From assembly GCF_009914755.1 (NCBI RefSeq), contig NC_060929.1: a stretch of 64,000 bases of DNA, one strand, 5' to 3'. Below the pieces are notes generated by a model. It saw only the letters and a list, made by a program, of their open reading frames with translations, ran no database searches and had not been told where the DNA came from. Made by a program: the position numbers and the translations under genes. Origin of the DNA: the human T2T-CHM13v2.0 reference genome, Homo sapiens. Of the stretch, positions 13,065 through 27,594 are shown piece after piece. Position 1 is the stretch's first letter. Every line of letters starts with the position of its first letter.

Positions 13065-15591
13065 ATCTTTTGGTTTCTTTCTGGGGCCTCTTCCAGAAAG
13101 GATTTATCCACTATAGTGATAAGTCCTGAGACTTCCAACTGTGACTTCCAATGTGCTCAAACCAAGAGGAAGAAGAATGCTGCATCTTATGGCTTAATAG
13201 AAAGAATTTGCTTTATTTCCCCTTTTTAAAGGGGAGAATGGTTTCCATATTCTCAGCAGGGGCCATGTGTTTCTCAATACTGCATCCATCTAGTTCATTC
13301 TTTGTAGAGCGGAAAATTCTGGTTTACTCCTGATTGGAGAAAAGTTGTTTTATTGGCTATATAAAATTGGGAAAAGAGTCAGTATCCCAACTTCAGAGAG
13401 CTCTACTCCCTCCAACTTCTTAATTTTTATTCGATTCTTTGGTACTATTTTTCTTCTAGAATTCTTCAATGAGCAATTTAGTATTTGACTTTCTACACCT
13501 AAGTCATCTAATACTCACAAATTTTTTCTTTAGATTCTAAAATTTCATTTCTGTAATTATCTTTCCTATTCTTTTGTGTCTTTGTTGGTTTATTCTTTCT
13601 TAAAATTAATATTTTCATTGTAACTTCAGATGGAGCATAGAAAAAATACATGCTCCAATTACTTTATTATAAATCATAGAATTACTTAAAGAGTTCTAGT
13701 TTTGTATATTTAATAAGCAATTTATTGTATACCTTATGCATAATACTTTTGAGTTAAGACATTGAGAGCACAGAATCGGGGTCATTTAATTTCCCACATT
13801 CCTTATTTACAAGAAATTAAATTTCTCACAAGAGAGTAGGGGAAAAAGCAGCATGATTTTAGGAATCAAAAGGTCATAATATAATGTGGGACTGTGTCAT
13901 TAGCTCTGTGCATCTTGAGACAGTCCTTTGCCTCCCCTGGACATGTTTACTTCTCATTAAATTAAATAAATGGTCTCAAAGAAATTTCTAGAATAAATAT
14001 GTTATATTTCATTAATATAAATAGAATTCCATTAGTTTGTGTGTTTTAGTACAGATTCCATTGATCACACCCTAACTACATAAACTGGTTATATTATGCT
14101 GCCACTTCATCAAAATTATTTCTGGTTCCATATTTTATTATATATGTTATGGCTGAGCTCTGACAATTTGTTCTCTCCAGCAATACTGGAAAGCATTTAA
14201 TCAGACTCAATTAACAAAATTTTGCTCTGCTCTCAGGGCTTATTAAAATTATTATTTGTTAGAGGAATACGAAGTTTGTTAGAGCTGAACAATAACTTAG
14301 AGACCATTGACCCAATCACTTTTCACAGGTAACGAAACTTAAACTGATATAATGATATGGATTGTCCAAAATCAAAGTGAGATTTAATTAAACGGTGCTC
14401 CCACGACCAGAACTTCATTGTTTCAGACCATTACACCTCCAGGATATTGTCACTGTTGTTGTAGTAATTTTCTTTTCATTGCTGTGCTTTTGTCCCATTT
14501 TATTTTGTTTACTACCTGATATACTGCCTTTAAGTAGAGATCAACATCATCCACCTTGAACCAACTCTTAAATTGGCAATTAGGCTTAGATTCTCACAAG
14601 TAACCCCATAGTTTTCTCCTACTTGCAGCACTTTTACCTTTCCATTATTAAGTTCTAATTTGATGCATTAATCCTTGGCCTCACTCTTTATATTGTTATA
14701 TTGTTTATATTGTTAAAATATATTATCAAAATGTAATTAAAAGAAGCTTACGAAAAGGACAAAACATTATCATCACTTACTCTATATGGTAGATAGCAAA
14801 AGGAAATGAAAGTCCTAGCTAAAGCAATTAAATACTGTTTTCTTTATATCTGTTCAACAATTATAATTGCAGTAGAATTTTTATTTTATTAGAATTTTAT
14901 CATTTTCCAATTGAATATAGTATAACTTCATTGTTATATTGTTATAACATGATTTCTTCACTTCAGTGCTTCTTTCATTCAGAGGATAAAAGCAACCTTC
15001 TTTAAGAAGATGTTATTTCCAATGGTATGATAAAATACAGTGGGTTGGGGGGAGAGGGACTCAATTTTATTGAAATACATGTGTTTTATGACATACTTTA
15101 AGAGTATTTTCTTCTCTGTAGATAGTAATGTTCAATTGGCAGATTTCTTTTTGCATATTTTGCATATCTTTTTGCATATCTAACATATAATTAATTTCAT
15201 AAATTCTATCATGAGTGACCCTAAAAATATTGGATTGGGAATTAATGTGCAGAATTAACCTATTCATATTTATTAAATGTCTATAATGTGCCTAATTCGA
15301 ATCTGTACATTGAATAAGAAGCTTAGGCATTTACATTTTTACATCAAAATTCTTAAATTTACATACTTTACATTTTCATTTTGATCATGACATCAGTTTT
15401 CTTCATGATGCATTTTACTCTTCAAAGTTAGAAAAAACTTCAAATTCTACAATAGAGATAAAAATGAGGATTCTAGTTTCCTGCTATTTCTTTCTAGGTT
15501 CACAAGCTGAGGATCCAACTTTACAACTCAAATCATCAAAAAAGGTTTTTTTAAATTCCCATTTAAATGGAAAAAAGAAAAGATGACTAAC

Positions 15592-16005
15592 TTCATTAGA
15601 CCATTCTTGCATTGTTATAAAGAAATTCCTGAGGTTGGGTAATTTATTTTAAAAAAGAGAGATTTAATTGGCTCATGGTTCTGCTGAGCTTCTGATGAGG
15701 CCTTGGGAATCTTACAATCATGGCAGAAGGCAAAGCGGGACCTGGCACTTCACATGGCGAAAGCAGGAGCAAGAGATAGAGGGAGAGAGAAAGAGAGAGA
15801 GAGAAAGCAAGTGTGGGGGTGGGGGGAGATGCCACACACTTTTAAACGACCAAATTTCATGAGAACTCACTATCATGAAGACAGCATCAAGCCACAAGAG
15901 AGCCGCCCCCATGATCCAAACACCTCCTAACAGGCCCCACCTCCACGATAGTGGATTACAATTTGACATGAGATTTGGATGGGGACGAATATCCAAACTA
16001 TATCA
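15592..16005 (-). mobile_element. MSTB-type MaLR solo LTR
   Basis: 'cattagaccattcttgcattgttataaagaaat'...'ggctcatggttctgc'...'ccaaactatatca'. Confidence 0.9.
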
Positions 16006-17358
16006 GTAATTCTAAATTTTTTTGTTATTTTGGAATTTGAAATTGATCCCAAAGGTGTTCAGGCTTCACACCTTATTATTAACACAGAATTCATAGGACA
16101 TTCCTGAGTGTTTGCTTCTATGATGTGATTTAAGGGATATGATTTGAGTAAGTCCTATCTATTTTTGTTTCTGTTTGTTTTTGTAATTTTGCAACTTTCA
16201 GCTTTATAGCAATCTTGTTTTTTTTAGCTATCATCATTGCAAAGCAGCAAGATGATTTTCCACTAACATTACAAATCTATTCAAATAGCTTAACAGAAAT
16301 AGAAGATTAAAGGGAGGTAGGGAAGAAGGTAAAAGATGATATCTACTATTACTTGTCCATGCTCAATATAATACATTTCAAACATGTTGTTCAATAAATT
16401 TTATTTACTTAACTTTTCGAGTATTTAAATCTTTTTTTCATATGCAGATTTAGTTCACATACTAAAATAAAGAAGCTTCTAGAGTGGTGAGAATAAAAGG
16501 ATTGTTACTAAATAAAAATACAAGTTACTTTTCTGGGCTAACAGGAGACTTTTCACTCTGTGTATCATCAATTTTCGTCAATCAATGAAGGCAACGTCTT
16601 CCCTCTGGTAAGGCAGGTATATAGTTGGACTGATGGTGGGGACCAGATCGTAGAAAATGTTTTACTACTTTAGACTAGTTTTCCACATATCCCTCCAATA
16701 AAGTAAAAGGCAGGAAAATTATGTCTCTAAAAATATTAAAGGTAGCCTAGAAAGAAAGAAAGTTTATAAGGAGGTAAGAACTCAGTGGTGTGTACAAATA
16801 CAGACTTTGTAGTATGAATTTCATTGGATTTCATGCTCTATGTAGACGTAGATAACATTCATTGTTTTTGACCTTCCATGCCCAGCATAAGGCTGGACTC
16901 CTAATTAGTATTCAGGAGTGTTTTTTTCTTGGTATAATTTACATATACTATTTAGCACCATCTAGCTGTTACCACACAGGGAGGACTGAGTCATCCCCCA
17001 CCACCTCATTCTTTCAGAGTTAATTTCTTATTCTAAAGTCAGAAGCCTGTGAGACTCCATGAAAGGCTATAAGTGAAAAAAAAATAGACTCATGATTTGC
17101 AGAGATCTATAGTGAAAGGGCAGGTGATATATTTTCCTTTGTGCTTTTCATATCTAAGAGCCTTTTCTTCATAGGATTTGTTTTACTTTTCCCAATTAGG
17201 AGAAAAGTATTATTATACATTATTTATAAAGTCATCCAGACCTACCAAGAACAGTTTAATTAAATAAGATAGTTTTATTGAAAGTCAACAAGAATACTTG
17301 AGCGTCATTGAATTAGAATTTCCAGGAACTGGGTTAGAACATCTACCTGTTCAGCAGT

Positions 17359-17714
17359 TGTATTAGTTCATTTAAACACTGCTAATAAAGACGTACCCAA
17401 GACTGGGTAATTTATACAAGAAAAAGGTTTAATGTACTCACAGGTCCACCTGGCTGGGGGGACCTCACCATCATGGTGGAAGGCAAGGAGGAGCAAGTCA
17501 TGCTTACGTGGATGACAGCAGGCAAAAAGAGAGCTTGTGCAGGGAAAGTCCAACTTATAAAACCATCAGATCTTGTGAGATCATGCTAACAGCACAGGTA
17601 ACACCCACCCCCAGATTCAATTATCTTCCACTGGGTCCCTCCCACAACACGTGGGAATTGTGGAAGCTGCAATTCAAGATGAGATTTGGGTGGAGATACA
17701 GCCAAACCATATCA
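17359..17714 (-). mobile_element. THE1 (THE1B/C) solo LTR
   Basis: TGTATTAGT..'ctgctaataaagacgtacccaagactggg'..'gccaaaccatatca'; TSD (g/t)CAGT. Confidence 0.92.
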
Positions 17715-19438
17715 TCAGTCTTCTAAGAATTTCTTATATACACAGAATAGGATTACTAGGAAACTAGATCAAAAGACAAGATAGATGAAAGCTAGGTTCT
17801 TTGAGTGTGTTAAGACATGAAGAAAAGAAAACACCTCTGTATACTTAATTCTTGACAAATTTATTGCTTTTATAAATTTCTCTGATGAAAGAAAGCATAT
17901 AAAAATGAGATTTATTCTTAGTGGGTTATTGATAATTTGAAAAAAACATAATTTAGAAAAATAGATGTATTCTAAAACTAAACTCCATATCGAATAGTAT
18001 GAATAAGCAATACCTTTTCCATAAAGAGTAATATACACCTAAATAAATGGTATTAACCAATTTTTAACTCATACATCTAAAATATTTTTCTCAACAGACA
18101 GAATAAATATCATTATAAAAGAGAAAACTATATGATTATAAATAAAAATGTACTGTTATAGTTATTTCATACTATATACAGAAGAAAATAACTCATACAT
18201 TGAAAACACACTTTAACTGCAACACCAGTTGAGGAATTCTGAATTTCACTATATCTGTGTCTGTGTCCTTGGGTCTGTCAAGTTGAAGGTGTAAGAACAT
18301 CGGGCCAGCTGAACGCTGCCGTGGACAGGGAATTTTTATTATCATGATAGCTGGAGAGCTGGGCTCAGGGAGTAACTCCTCTCTCAAAATCTGTTTCTAA
18401 GTATGGTAATTTTCCTGAAATGTCATTATTACGCATTTGGAAGTTAATAAAAATGTTAGGGGTATTTACAGAAGCAATAACTCAAACACTTTTCACATTT
18501 GCAAGTTTCTCAGCAATTGGTTCCGCTATTAAACTTGTCTTTCATTTTTCTTTTGTACAGAATGAATATACTGAGCCGCTTTTTCTTTGAGGCATTTATC
18601 TTTTTTCTAAAATACATTGGTATCACTCACATAATACTGGTGCATCTTTGCATTCAATGGGGAATAGATAAACTTGAAAATATATTTGAATGTAGCATGC
18701 TTATACATGCATAAAAACAGACACACTTGCTTTGTAAATGTACTTAATTGTAAATAAATATGTTAAGAATTAGTTTCTTTCATGTGGTAGTAGCCATAGG
18801 AACATGATTTTCTTTATTTTCCTTTATTCTTCTTTTTCTTTTCTTTTTCCCCCTCACTCCTGTACTATCTTTATCTTTTGCAGTTCTATCAGCCCTATAG
18901 AGAACACATTGACCATCAGCAGATGGCTGTGTTCTTATGACCTGATGGATAGCTAGGTCTTAGAGAAAACCAAAGGAAGAACAGAAATCTATTAAAGTTG
19001 AAACTAAGAGCTTCCTGGGACACTGGGCTTTCTAAAACAAGGTTCATTGAGGACAGTCTGAAACTTTGATTATCCTAGTGTAAATCTATTTGGGGATAAA
19101 ATGACTTACTTAACACATATTTTTCTAGAAAACAGAAAGCATTCTGTTTTACTGAATTAAGTGATTATGCTTATCTACAATTGTCATGTAGCACAAAACA
19201 AGCAGAATATTAAAAAGGCATGAGAGAAACTCAATAAAATGGTCAAAAATCAGTGCTGGGCTTAAGAAAAAAATATCTTTACAAAATACTGCAAGGAATT
19301 ACAGGCAAAATATGTTGTATTGGCTCAATATTTATTAACAATATTTCACATGTATTTACACAGTCATGCTTTTGTTTAAAAATGCATATGGCAAAGTGAT
19401 TGCAGAGAATAAACAGATTACTTATTATTAACTAAACT

Positions 19439-20357
19439 CGTCAAGGAAAAATTGCACTGGACTGAGTTAAGCTGGCAAGGAAGATCATATTCAAGAATAT
19501 TGCCATGAGAAAGAGACAGATTGAGTTCAACTTGGCTCACACTAAAGGCAGTAGAATTTTTAAGTGCAAGGGTGAGCTAATGGAAAAGTAGTGAAGGAGA
19601 TTAGAATGGAAGTTGGTCAATATGATTAGGCTATCTCTGCTAATCGTCATTTATCAAAGTTAGGCTTCTATGTTTCCACAGACGCTAAGAGAGAGCACTG
19701 TTTCACTCTGCATGGGCTGCCGTAACAAAATACGGCTGGGTGGCTTAAACAACAGAAGTTTATTTCTCACAGTTTTGGATACCGGGAAGTACAAGATGAA
19801 GGTGCCAATAGGATCAGTTTCTGGTGAGGGCTCTCTTCCTGGATTGCAAATAGCTACCTTCTTGCTGTGTCCTCACATGGTAGACAGAGACAGGCATCTG
19901 TGGTTTCTCTTCCTTTTTTATAAGGACACTAGTTCTATTAGATTATGACTTCAACCTTCTGACCTCATTTAGCCTTTATCACCTCCTAAGGTGTACTGTG
20001 TTACCTCTAATACAATCACATAGGAGTTAGGGCTTCAATAAATAAATTTTTGGTGGGACATGATTCAGTCCATGTCTTCCTTATAGACTGCTTATGGAAG
20101 GAGACACTATCTTCCTTATGATTACATGTCAAAGGGAAGGCTCCCAGGTCCTGAAGAATAACATTTCTGGGTTATAAATGTGCTAAGACACTGGGAGAAG
20201 ATGTACATCTCAAAGGAGCAGAAAAATAATTTACAATAGAAAGTTTTCTAAAGTAAATATACCCCTGCCCCATAAAGGTTGGGGGAATCAGGGGCTATAG
20301 TTAGGAACAAATCTGCCCAACGTTAAGCTGAGGGAAACTTTAAGACTTTCTTGGTCG
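19439..20357 (-). mobile_element. MER31-like ERV1 LTR with a nested MaLR LTR
   Basis: 'gtcaaggaaaaattgcactggac...gttaagctggcaaggaaga' at one end and 'gctgagggaaactttaagactttcttggtc' at the other. Confidence 0.65.
19699..20073 (-). mobile_element. MLT1A/B-type MaLR LTR nested in the MER31-like LTR
   Basis: 'gggctgccgtaacaaaatac','ggcttaaacaacagaagtttatttctcacagtt','tctggtgagggctctcttcctgg','attcagtccat'. Confidence 0.85.
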
Positions 20358-20985
20358 ATCTGTGGGTCAGCATTGCTTTACGCATGCTCCAAAAGAGAAA
20401 TTGCCACAAATCCTCTTTGTCTTTTCATTCATTAATGGTAAAACTGGCCACACAGTACTCTACAAATTAGCTATGCCATGGCCTAGAAGACTTGTGAAGT
20501 GAGGCATAATGCAGTAAGTGGTGACATTTAAATTAATACTCCCCAGTTCTTCTGCTGCTTGTTGATTAAAGGGGGAAATGAATGGGGCCTATGTTTGATA
20601 ATAAGTTACTTGCGTCCCTTGGGCTTTGCCAGTCCTTAGGCCAATTACTCATTTTTAGTTTTTTTGGTTGCCTGATAGCATATGGCCCACCATCCAGGTC
20701 TAAGGGCTGAGATCAGCCCCTCATTTATCCTTGAATATAAGGGTCAAGACACAGTTTGTGTATATGTGTGTTGATGAAAGTAATGCCAAAGGATACAAAG
20801 AAAGAAGAGGAAAATGGGAGAGAAAGGAAAAACAGGAGGAGGGAATGTGTTTTCTTGTATTGGGATTATCAATATCAGCTGTAGAGCTATTGGTTAGCCA
20901 AATTGCCAAAAGTTCTCAACTACTCACAAAGCAGCCTATCAACTTACTTACCATTTGATAAACATTTAGATAATTGGATGAAGAA

Positions 20986-21321
20986 CAGGGGTGAGTCTAG
21001 AATGAGGGGAGAGACACACTTACCTCTAGATGCAAAATTTAAGCGGACACCAAAAATCAAAATTAATTCAAAACAGGACAAATAGTACTGATTTTTTTTT
21101 TCTTGTGGCTCATGGTCTAATACAGCTTTATAGGGCACTATTAGTGATCCATCTTTATTTAAAATTTGGTATTTTGTTTCCCATGGATTTTTGCACCAGT
21201 GTTGATTTCTAAACATATTATCCTAAAATATAATTTATCTTAATTAACAAAGTTTTTGGCATTCCCTTAAATTTTACAGCCAAGGTGCGTGCCTACTTAT
21301 GTTGCCCTAGTTCCTGCTCTG
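20986..21321. mobile_element. MER96B-like hAT DNA transposon
   Basis: Terminal inverted arms 'caggggtgagtctag...gcaaaatttaag' / 'cttaaattttac...ctagttcctgctctg'. Confidence 0.7.
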
Positions 21322-22118
21322 CAGCAGAAAAGATTTTTGGCACTTCCCTCTTGATTCTGAATATATTTTTAATTTTTCTAGTTGAGTGGGGTAGGTCTGG
21401 AAATTATTATTTAAGCAATGCTTTCCTTAGTATGCACTTAATGCAGATGAACACTGGTCTAGTTAAGGACAATATTGTTGTTCACTTCCTATATAAGTTA
21501 CTAAAAACACTCAAGAAGGCAGGATTTTTTCCAATAAGGAAGTTTGATAAAGAGAAATATTTGTAATGGTGTACAGATAACTTACTGCAGATCTTTTCTT
21601 GTCACTTATAGAGAAGGTTAGATTAATAAAGTTGACCAAAGACAAAATATGTAATAACTAATGCCACAAATTGGTTATGTTTGTAAATCTTTTAAACATA
21701 TCTAAGCATCATCTTTAGTCTTCTAAAGAGGATATTTAATTGGTCTATCTCTTGGCATTGTGAAGAGAAAATGAATGTACATGAATATGGTCTATAACTG
21801 TAAGACAAAGTTTGTGAAGGTTTAGGTGGCTATCTCTCTCACTGTTTACTTAGGTACCTGGGAACAAATAAATGCTATATCTGCTCTTTATTTAAACATA
21901 TCTTTTTCTTTTTATTAAGTTCATAATCATGCTATGTGTAGTTAAAATACATTAAAATCCTAATTTTAAAAGCAAACTAATTTATGAAACAGAGAAGATA
22001 AAGGGGATATTTCTATTGACTTAGGAAGGACCCTTTACAAAACTGAGTTCAAAAGTTCAAAAAAGTATTTCAATGTACATAGACCACAATTATAGTAGCC
22101 TGAATTAATGTGTTATAT

Positions 22119-22334
22119 CAGCTTTGGCAAACTTTCTGTAAAGGGCTAGATAGTTAATATTTTCATATTTTCAGGCCATATGCTCTCTATTGCAATGACT
22201 TAACCTTGCCACTATAGTAGGAAGCCACAGGCAATAGTAAAAAAATGGGCATGGCTGTGTTCCAATAAAACTATATTTATAAAAACAAGCAGTGGGCTGG
22301 GTTTGGCTTACAGGCCATAGTTTGTCTGCTCTTG
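22119..22334. mobile_element. MER58A hAT-Charlie DNA transposon
   Basis: 'ggcaaactttctgtaaagggctagatagt'...'tccaataaaactatatttataaaaacaagc'...'ggccatagtttg'; degenerate 8-bp TSD tgttatat/cgttagat. Confidence 0.85.
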
Positions 22335-23925
22335 CGTTAGATAATTCTGGATGCTTCATTGAAAACTCTGAACTAGGTTGTCCACATAGTGGGCCATAAA
22401 GGATTCATGCTATTTATTGAGCTGAATGTTCAAGCCATTGTCTAGACATAAATGAACCTTCATGACTGATGACTATGGAAGAGCTGTTATGCCAGTAACC
22501 TGATCTTATCTCTTATGATTCTATATCCAGCAACATTATTTAATTTTAAATGTTACTGTAATGAAGGCAAGGTATCTCTGTTTTGCCATTATTTTTCCCT
22601 TTTATAAATGCTTACAAAATGCTTGTAATTTAATACTTTATTAAAGACCATAAAGGTTAAGGATATTTTTAAATGAGGGCAAATTGTTTTATTGACAGTA
22701 ATGAACGCTTCTTAATGAGTCAGTGACTCGACTAAAACCACCAAAGTGAGGTGGCTTAACGTACAGAGTTGGTTAACTGAATGTGTGGTTTTCAGTTGTA
22801 GTAGGAAATCTTCCTAATTTAAGGAGAATTTACTGTAGCTATAAGAGCAGAGGTTAAGTGGTGCTGAAACTACAATATTTAAAAACTAGCGCTCTATGTT
22901 TGGAAAAGCTGTTCTGAAAGAACACTTCTCTCTATGCATTTAGCAATATCTTTGCTATTTATTCCAGTTAATGGACACTTGGATATTATAAATGACAAGA
23001 AGGAAAACAATATATAATGATTTTAAAATCAATGCAAACTATGCTCTAGTAATTCTATCACGTGAGGAAAGAATAAAGCAAGAACAAAATACTAGAATGT
23101 TCATGGTTTGGCATTCTAAAGACTGTTGTAAAAAATATCATATATTTGAACTAAATTGCTGGGTCTATAAGATACTAGCATAGCCATGCCTTCTGGAGGT
23201 CCTCAGCTAATCCCACAGGTACATCTTTGGTAAGGTCAACACAATATTTCCCTCAACTAAGAGTCTAAGGAAAAGTGGTTTTATTAATCACAAACCGACA
23301 GGAATAGCCAAGAGATCAAAGAGTTTTCAAGTCAGAATAAATCTTAGAGACTATTTGTTCAGATCTTTAACTAAAAATGAAGAAGCTGATGCCCAGATAA
23401 TTTATGAGATTTTGTAAAAGGTTACACAAAGTGTATTCACAGATTCGCCATTAGTGCTTTGGTCTGTTCTGCCCCTGCACTTGCCTGTTAGAAATGAAGT
23501 TTTATCCACACTTAAGGACAGCTTCAGAGTCTTATGTGGTGGAAACCATGTGAGCAGGTAAAATCTATGATCCCAGGGCCAGCGTTCAGGTGCTTCCTGT
23601 TAGGGTTCTTGCAATTTTTTTTTTTATAGCTAGTTTACTATAATTTGAAAGTTTGCATTTCCATTTATATCTTGTCTTACTTTGTGCTAATTTATTTAAG
23701 ACACTAGGCTAGAAAGCTTAAAATTTCTAGGGCCAAAATCTCAAGTCAATCATATTTCCTAGAAACCATCATCCTTTACATCTGAATGGGCATATAGGTA
23801 TTTGGCTAATAGCATATAAATGTAAATAGGCAGAATTAAAGTGGATGATTTTATTTTGTATTCTTTTGGTTACTTTCTGGCTTCACCTCATATAGAATAA
23901 GCTTTTATCTCCAAACCTCACTTTC

Positions 23926-24058
23926 ATGGCCAGGACTAGGGTGAGGCACTTCAGACACAAAAGTCAAAGAGACTTTCACTTGCAGGACCCTAAGAACAAG
24001 GGCCTCATTGACTTTTATGGCCTAGTAGCCTCTCTCACCTACCCTCGTCCCAGTACTC
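23926..24058. mobile_element. MER96-like hAT MITE
   Basis: Arms 'ggccaggactagggtgaggc' and 'ctcacctaccctcgtcccag'. Confidence 0.65.
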
Positions 24059-25319
24059 ACTTTTTTAAAAAGTTAATTTCTTCCCTGACAGGATGTTGAG
24101 AGAATGACTGTGATAATTTATGTCTGTAAGGCAATTTTAGCTCCTGAGAAAAAATGTGTTATGGTCATCTCATATAGAATCAATTATATTTTAGTCAGAC
24201 TATTTTGGACTTAAACATTCAATTTATTTGATAATTAACTAGATATAAATATAATATATAGTTCAGATAAAATTCTCCTGGTTATGTGGCATAGATTACC
24301 ATATAAACCAGACCTCTTCAGAAATATTTCATCATATGAGAAATCTGATCTTTCATAGTTAATCAGAGAGATTTAGTCAGACTATCGATGTTCCATATTT
24401 CCCATTTGTATTCAAATGCCTCCTCAAAAATTTTATATCTTATTTTCTTTTCTGAGTTTTATTCTTTTTACTATTAACATACTGTATACATTGGAGAGAA
24501 ATGTGGAAGGAAAGAAATAGGTATTGAGCCTTCAGTTTGCTGAGCTCTATGCTAGATATTGTCATCAAGTAACAGATCTAATAATATATCTCATCATCAT
24601 ATTTCTAAGATGTCACATTTTATATTTTTCTCATGAAAATAAGCCTTAAGAGGCATAGAGGTCATGACTCACAGTAATAAAAACTTTATTTCTAACTCTT
24701 GCACAAATTTTAATAACAAAGGTATTTGTATAGTTACATATACTATATATATGTATAATTGTGTGTATATATGTATAAAACCTAAATATTTCTGAGCAAA
24801 TCTAGCATTGGTTTAATCTAGTTTTAATTCAAGAGTAGTGTGACTTTTCTGCTATCAGAACTTAATCACATGTTTCTTACTTGATTCCTTTGTTTATTGC
24901 CCATTGTTAGAATAAGTAAAGAGCAGACCACTGAAATACAGCAGCTGTGTTGCAATCACAGTTAATTTTTGGCTTGAAATGATTGATCCAGTTTGAATCA
25001 GAGCAAGAGTAATCTGCCTAAAGCAAATGTTATCTCCCAATCACCGAATAGATCACAGTATAATCAATTCATGTTATGAAATTTACCTAGCAAGAGAAAT
25101 GGCTTAATTTTTTCTCATTTATATGTCAGAATAATTATAGTAAACATATATGTATTCCCTTTCTCGTTAGCCCCTGAGAGTCCAAGAACATAGAATCAGT
25201 TTAGTGGCAAAACAAATTCAATCCCAGCTTTCTGTGATGCCAAAGATCAATCTTAAATCCAATGATACTATTTAGGGGGCTTACCATATTTATTTTCATA
25301 TTTATTTTGGCTCTCCTCA

Positions 25320-25782
25320 ATTTAAAAAAAATCTGATAAAATATACATAACATAAAATTTCACGTCTTGACAATTTTTAAAGGTGCAGCTCAGTGGCATT
25401 AAGTACATTTATATTGCTTTGCTACCATAACAATCATCTGTCCACTGTATCATTTTCATTTTGTAAAACTGAAACTCTACACCTATTAAACAATAACTCC
25501 CCATTGGATTCTCCCCTCAGCCCCAGGAAACCACAATTTTTCTTTCTCTATCTATGAATTTGACTACTCTACGTACCTGGTATAAATGAAATCATATATT
25601 ATTTTTCTTCTTGTGACTGGCTTATTTCACTTCCATAATGTCCTCAATGTTTCTTCATGTTGTAGCGTGTGTAAGAATCTGATTTTTAGTGTTGGATAAT
25701 ATTCCACTGTATGTATATAGCACATTTTATTCATCCATTCATCTGTTTATGGACGATTGGGTTGCTTCTACCTTTTTGCCAA
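25320..25782 (-). mobile_element. L1MB-type LINE 3' end
   Basis: 'cagtggcattaagtacatt','gaaactctacacctattaaacaataactcccc','ggataatattccactgtatgtatat','gggttgcttctacctttt'. Confidence 0.85.
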
Positions 25783-26459
25783 ATTTATTTATGCACCTTC
25801 CGTAAGGTTGCTGCTGCTTTCTGTCACAGCTTCAGCTGATTCCTGCTGCACATATTTTTTTATGATTAAAAATTATAGGTTAAATAACAAATATTTAATT
25901 CCCACAAACAGAGAATGAAGTGATGGATTTCACTCATCACACATGGGATTATTTTGTGTGTTCCAGATAACTGATTTTGGAGGAGTCAGTTGAAATGTCC
26001 TAGAGAAAGGAAATTAGGGCCTTGGATTTCACTGCTTTGTGTACAGGAAAGCTGCACATGCTTCCTTTGAACCACAGAAACAAGAATCGTATGCCTCCCA
26101 AGAGCAGTGTTTCAGAGTCTTGGAGCTTTTGGTCATAAAACATAAAATTCTTACGTTTTTGCCTCCTGACAAACCAGCATGGGTGAACACATTATGATAT
26201 GGGTAGCCTAAAGAAAAACTCAGTAGGGAAGATAAAGTAAAATGCTTGAATAATATTTTGAATCCAAACGAATGCAGCAAATATTTTCTAAAAATCACTT
26301 TCTATTGTTATAATGAAGCACTCTCTCTGGAATATGTTATTGAATACTTTGTTCATAAATAAAACTGTTCTTCCTTAAAGTGGTTTGCATAATATATCAT
26401 TTGAATGTATTTATGTGTCTACTAATTTGGCATGTATGCCAGAATCTTTGACCCATCTC

Positions 26460-26488
26460 AATCTAAGGCAGTAGCACTGCCTTAGATT
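26460..26488. repeat. Perfect 13-bp inverted repeat with 3-nt loop
   Basis: AATCTAAGGCAGT-AGC-ACTGCCTTAGATT. Confidence 0.95.
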
Positions 26489-26494
26489 CAGAAT

Positions 26495-26636
26495 ATTTTT
26501 ATTTTTAATTTTTTTAAGATGGGGGGGGGGTCTCACTATATTGCCCAGACTAGACTTGAACTCCTGGATCAAAGCATACTCCCACCTCAGCCTCTCAAGT
26601 ACATGGGACTACAGGAGCAAGCCAATGAGCTAGGTT
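26495..26636 (-). mobile_element. FLAM/Alu monomer
   Basis: T-rich tail then 'tctcactatattgcccagactagacttgaactcctgg...cctcagcctc...gggactacagg'. Confidence 0.85.
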
Positions 26637-27594
26637 TGAATTTTTTTCTTTTAACTGCAAATGGCTGTGGTCCTTTATTTGTTACTCTAATGTGCTTTGC
26701 ATAGCTCTGCTATCCTTTGCTCTCAATACTCCATATCTACCCTATAGAAATATCAGGGAAGTTAGACTGAATACTGCCATGAAATTTCAGTAAAATTAGT
26801 AAAAGCAAGAAGGAATTCATTGGGATAACTTTATATAGGCAAACTTGAATTATAAATGAATCGTATTTTTTTGATAAAAAAAGAACAAGTAATAAATTGT
26901 AAGGCTTTTTCTTATATGTGAGCCAGGTGAAGGAAGCGAACTGGATTTGATGAGTTATGCCTCAGAATTTAGTTGAGGATGAAGGTACAAAGGAGATGAG
27001 AGATGACACAGGGAACCAAATGATATATTTCATTTGATAATTGATAGTTAATATATGCTTGCTTCTGGGGGTAATAAGAAGAGAAAGCCCTTTGAATGAA
27101 TTAAAGGGAAAGGCATACATTTACAAAAGTAAGAGAAGTCAATTGGAAATGTTAATATTATTTTTATATTCATGGTAGAAGTAGAAGTGATTCAAAAAAT
27201 TATAAATCATATTGGAGGAAAGCACTAGAATTTACTTGTAATTTCTTTGCCCGAAACTGCTATGTTTTATTTCTTAGAAGTTAGAACTCAGGCCACTAAA
27301 TTTGTTTTCCTGCTAAAACTAGGAATGAAATTGGATTATATCCTGGTTTTGACTTTTACCCCATTGAATAATATTTTACCACAAAATCAATTTGTGGCTT
27401 GGTAAAAGCATTTTAATTGGGCAGTTTTTTGGTTCATATTAAATTCCCATCCCAAGATCTGCCTGATTTTTACAAGAAACATTTTCCTATGGGACTGTGT
27501 TTGAATAGACATTTAAAACACATGTCTACCACTTTAGAAGAAAAAGTAACCTCTGATATTTGGACAACATATGCTTGGTACAGAGGTTGAAGAA

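Noticed and set aside
22714-22730. Adjacent AP-1-like sites (TGAGTCA, TGACTCG)
   Set aside because: Short motifs alone do not support an enhancer call
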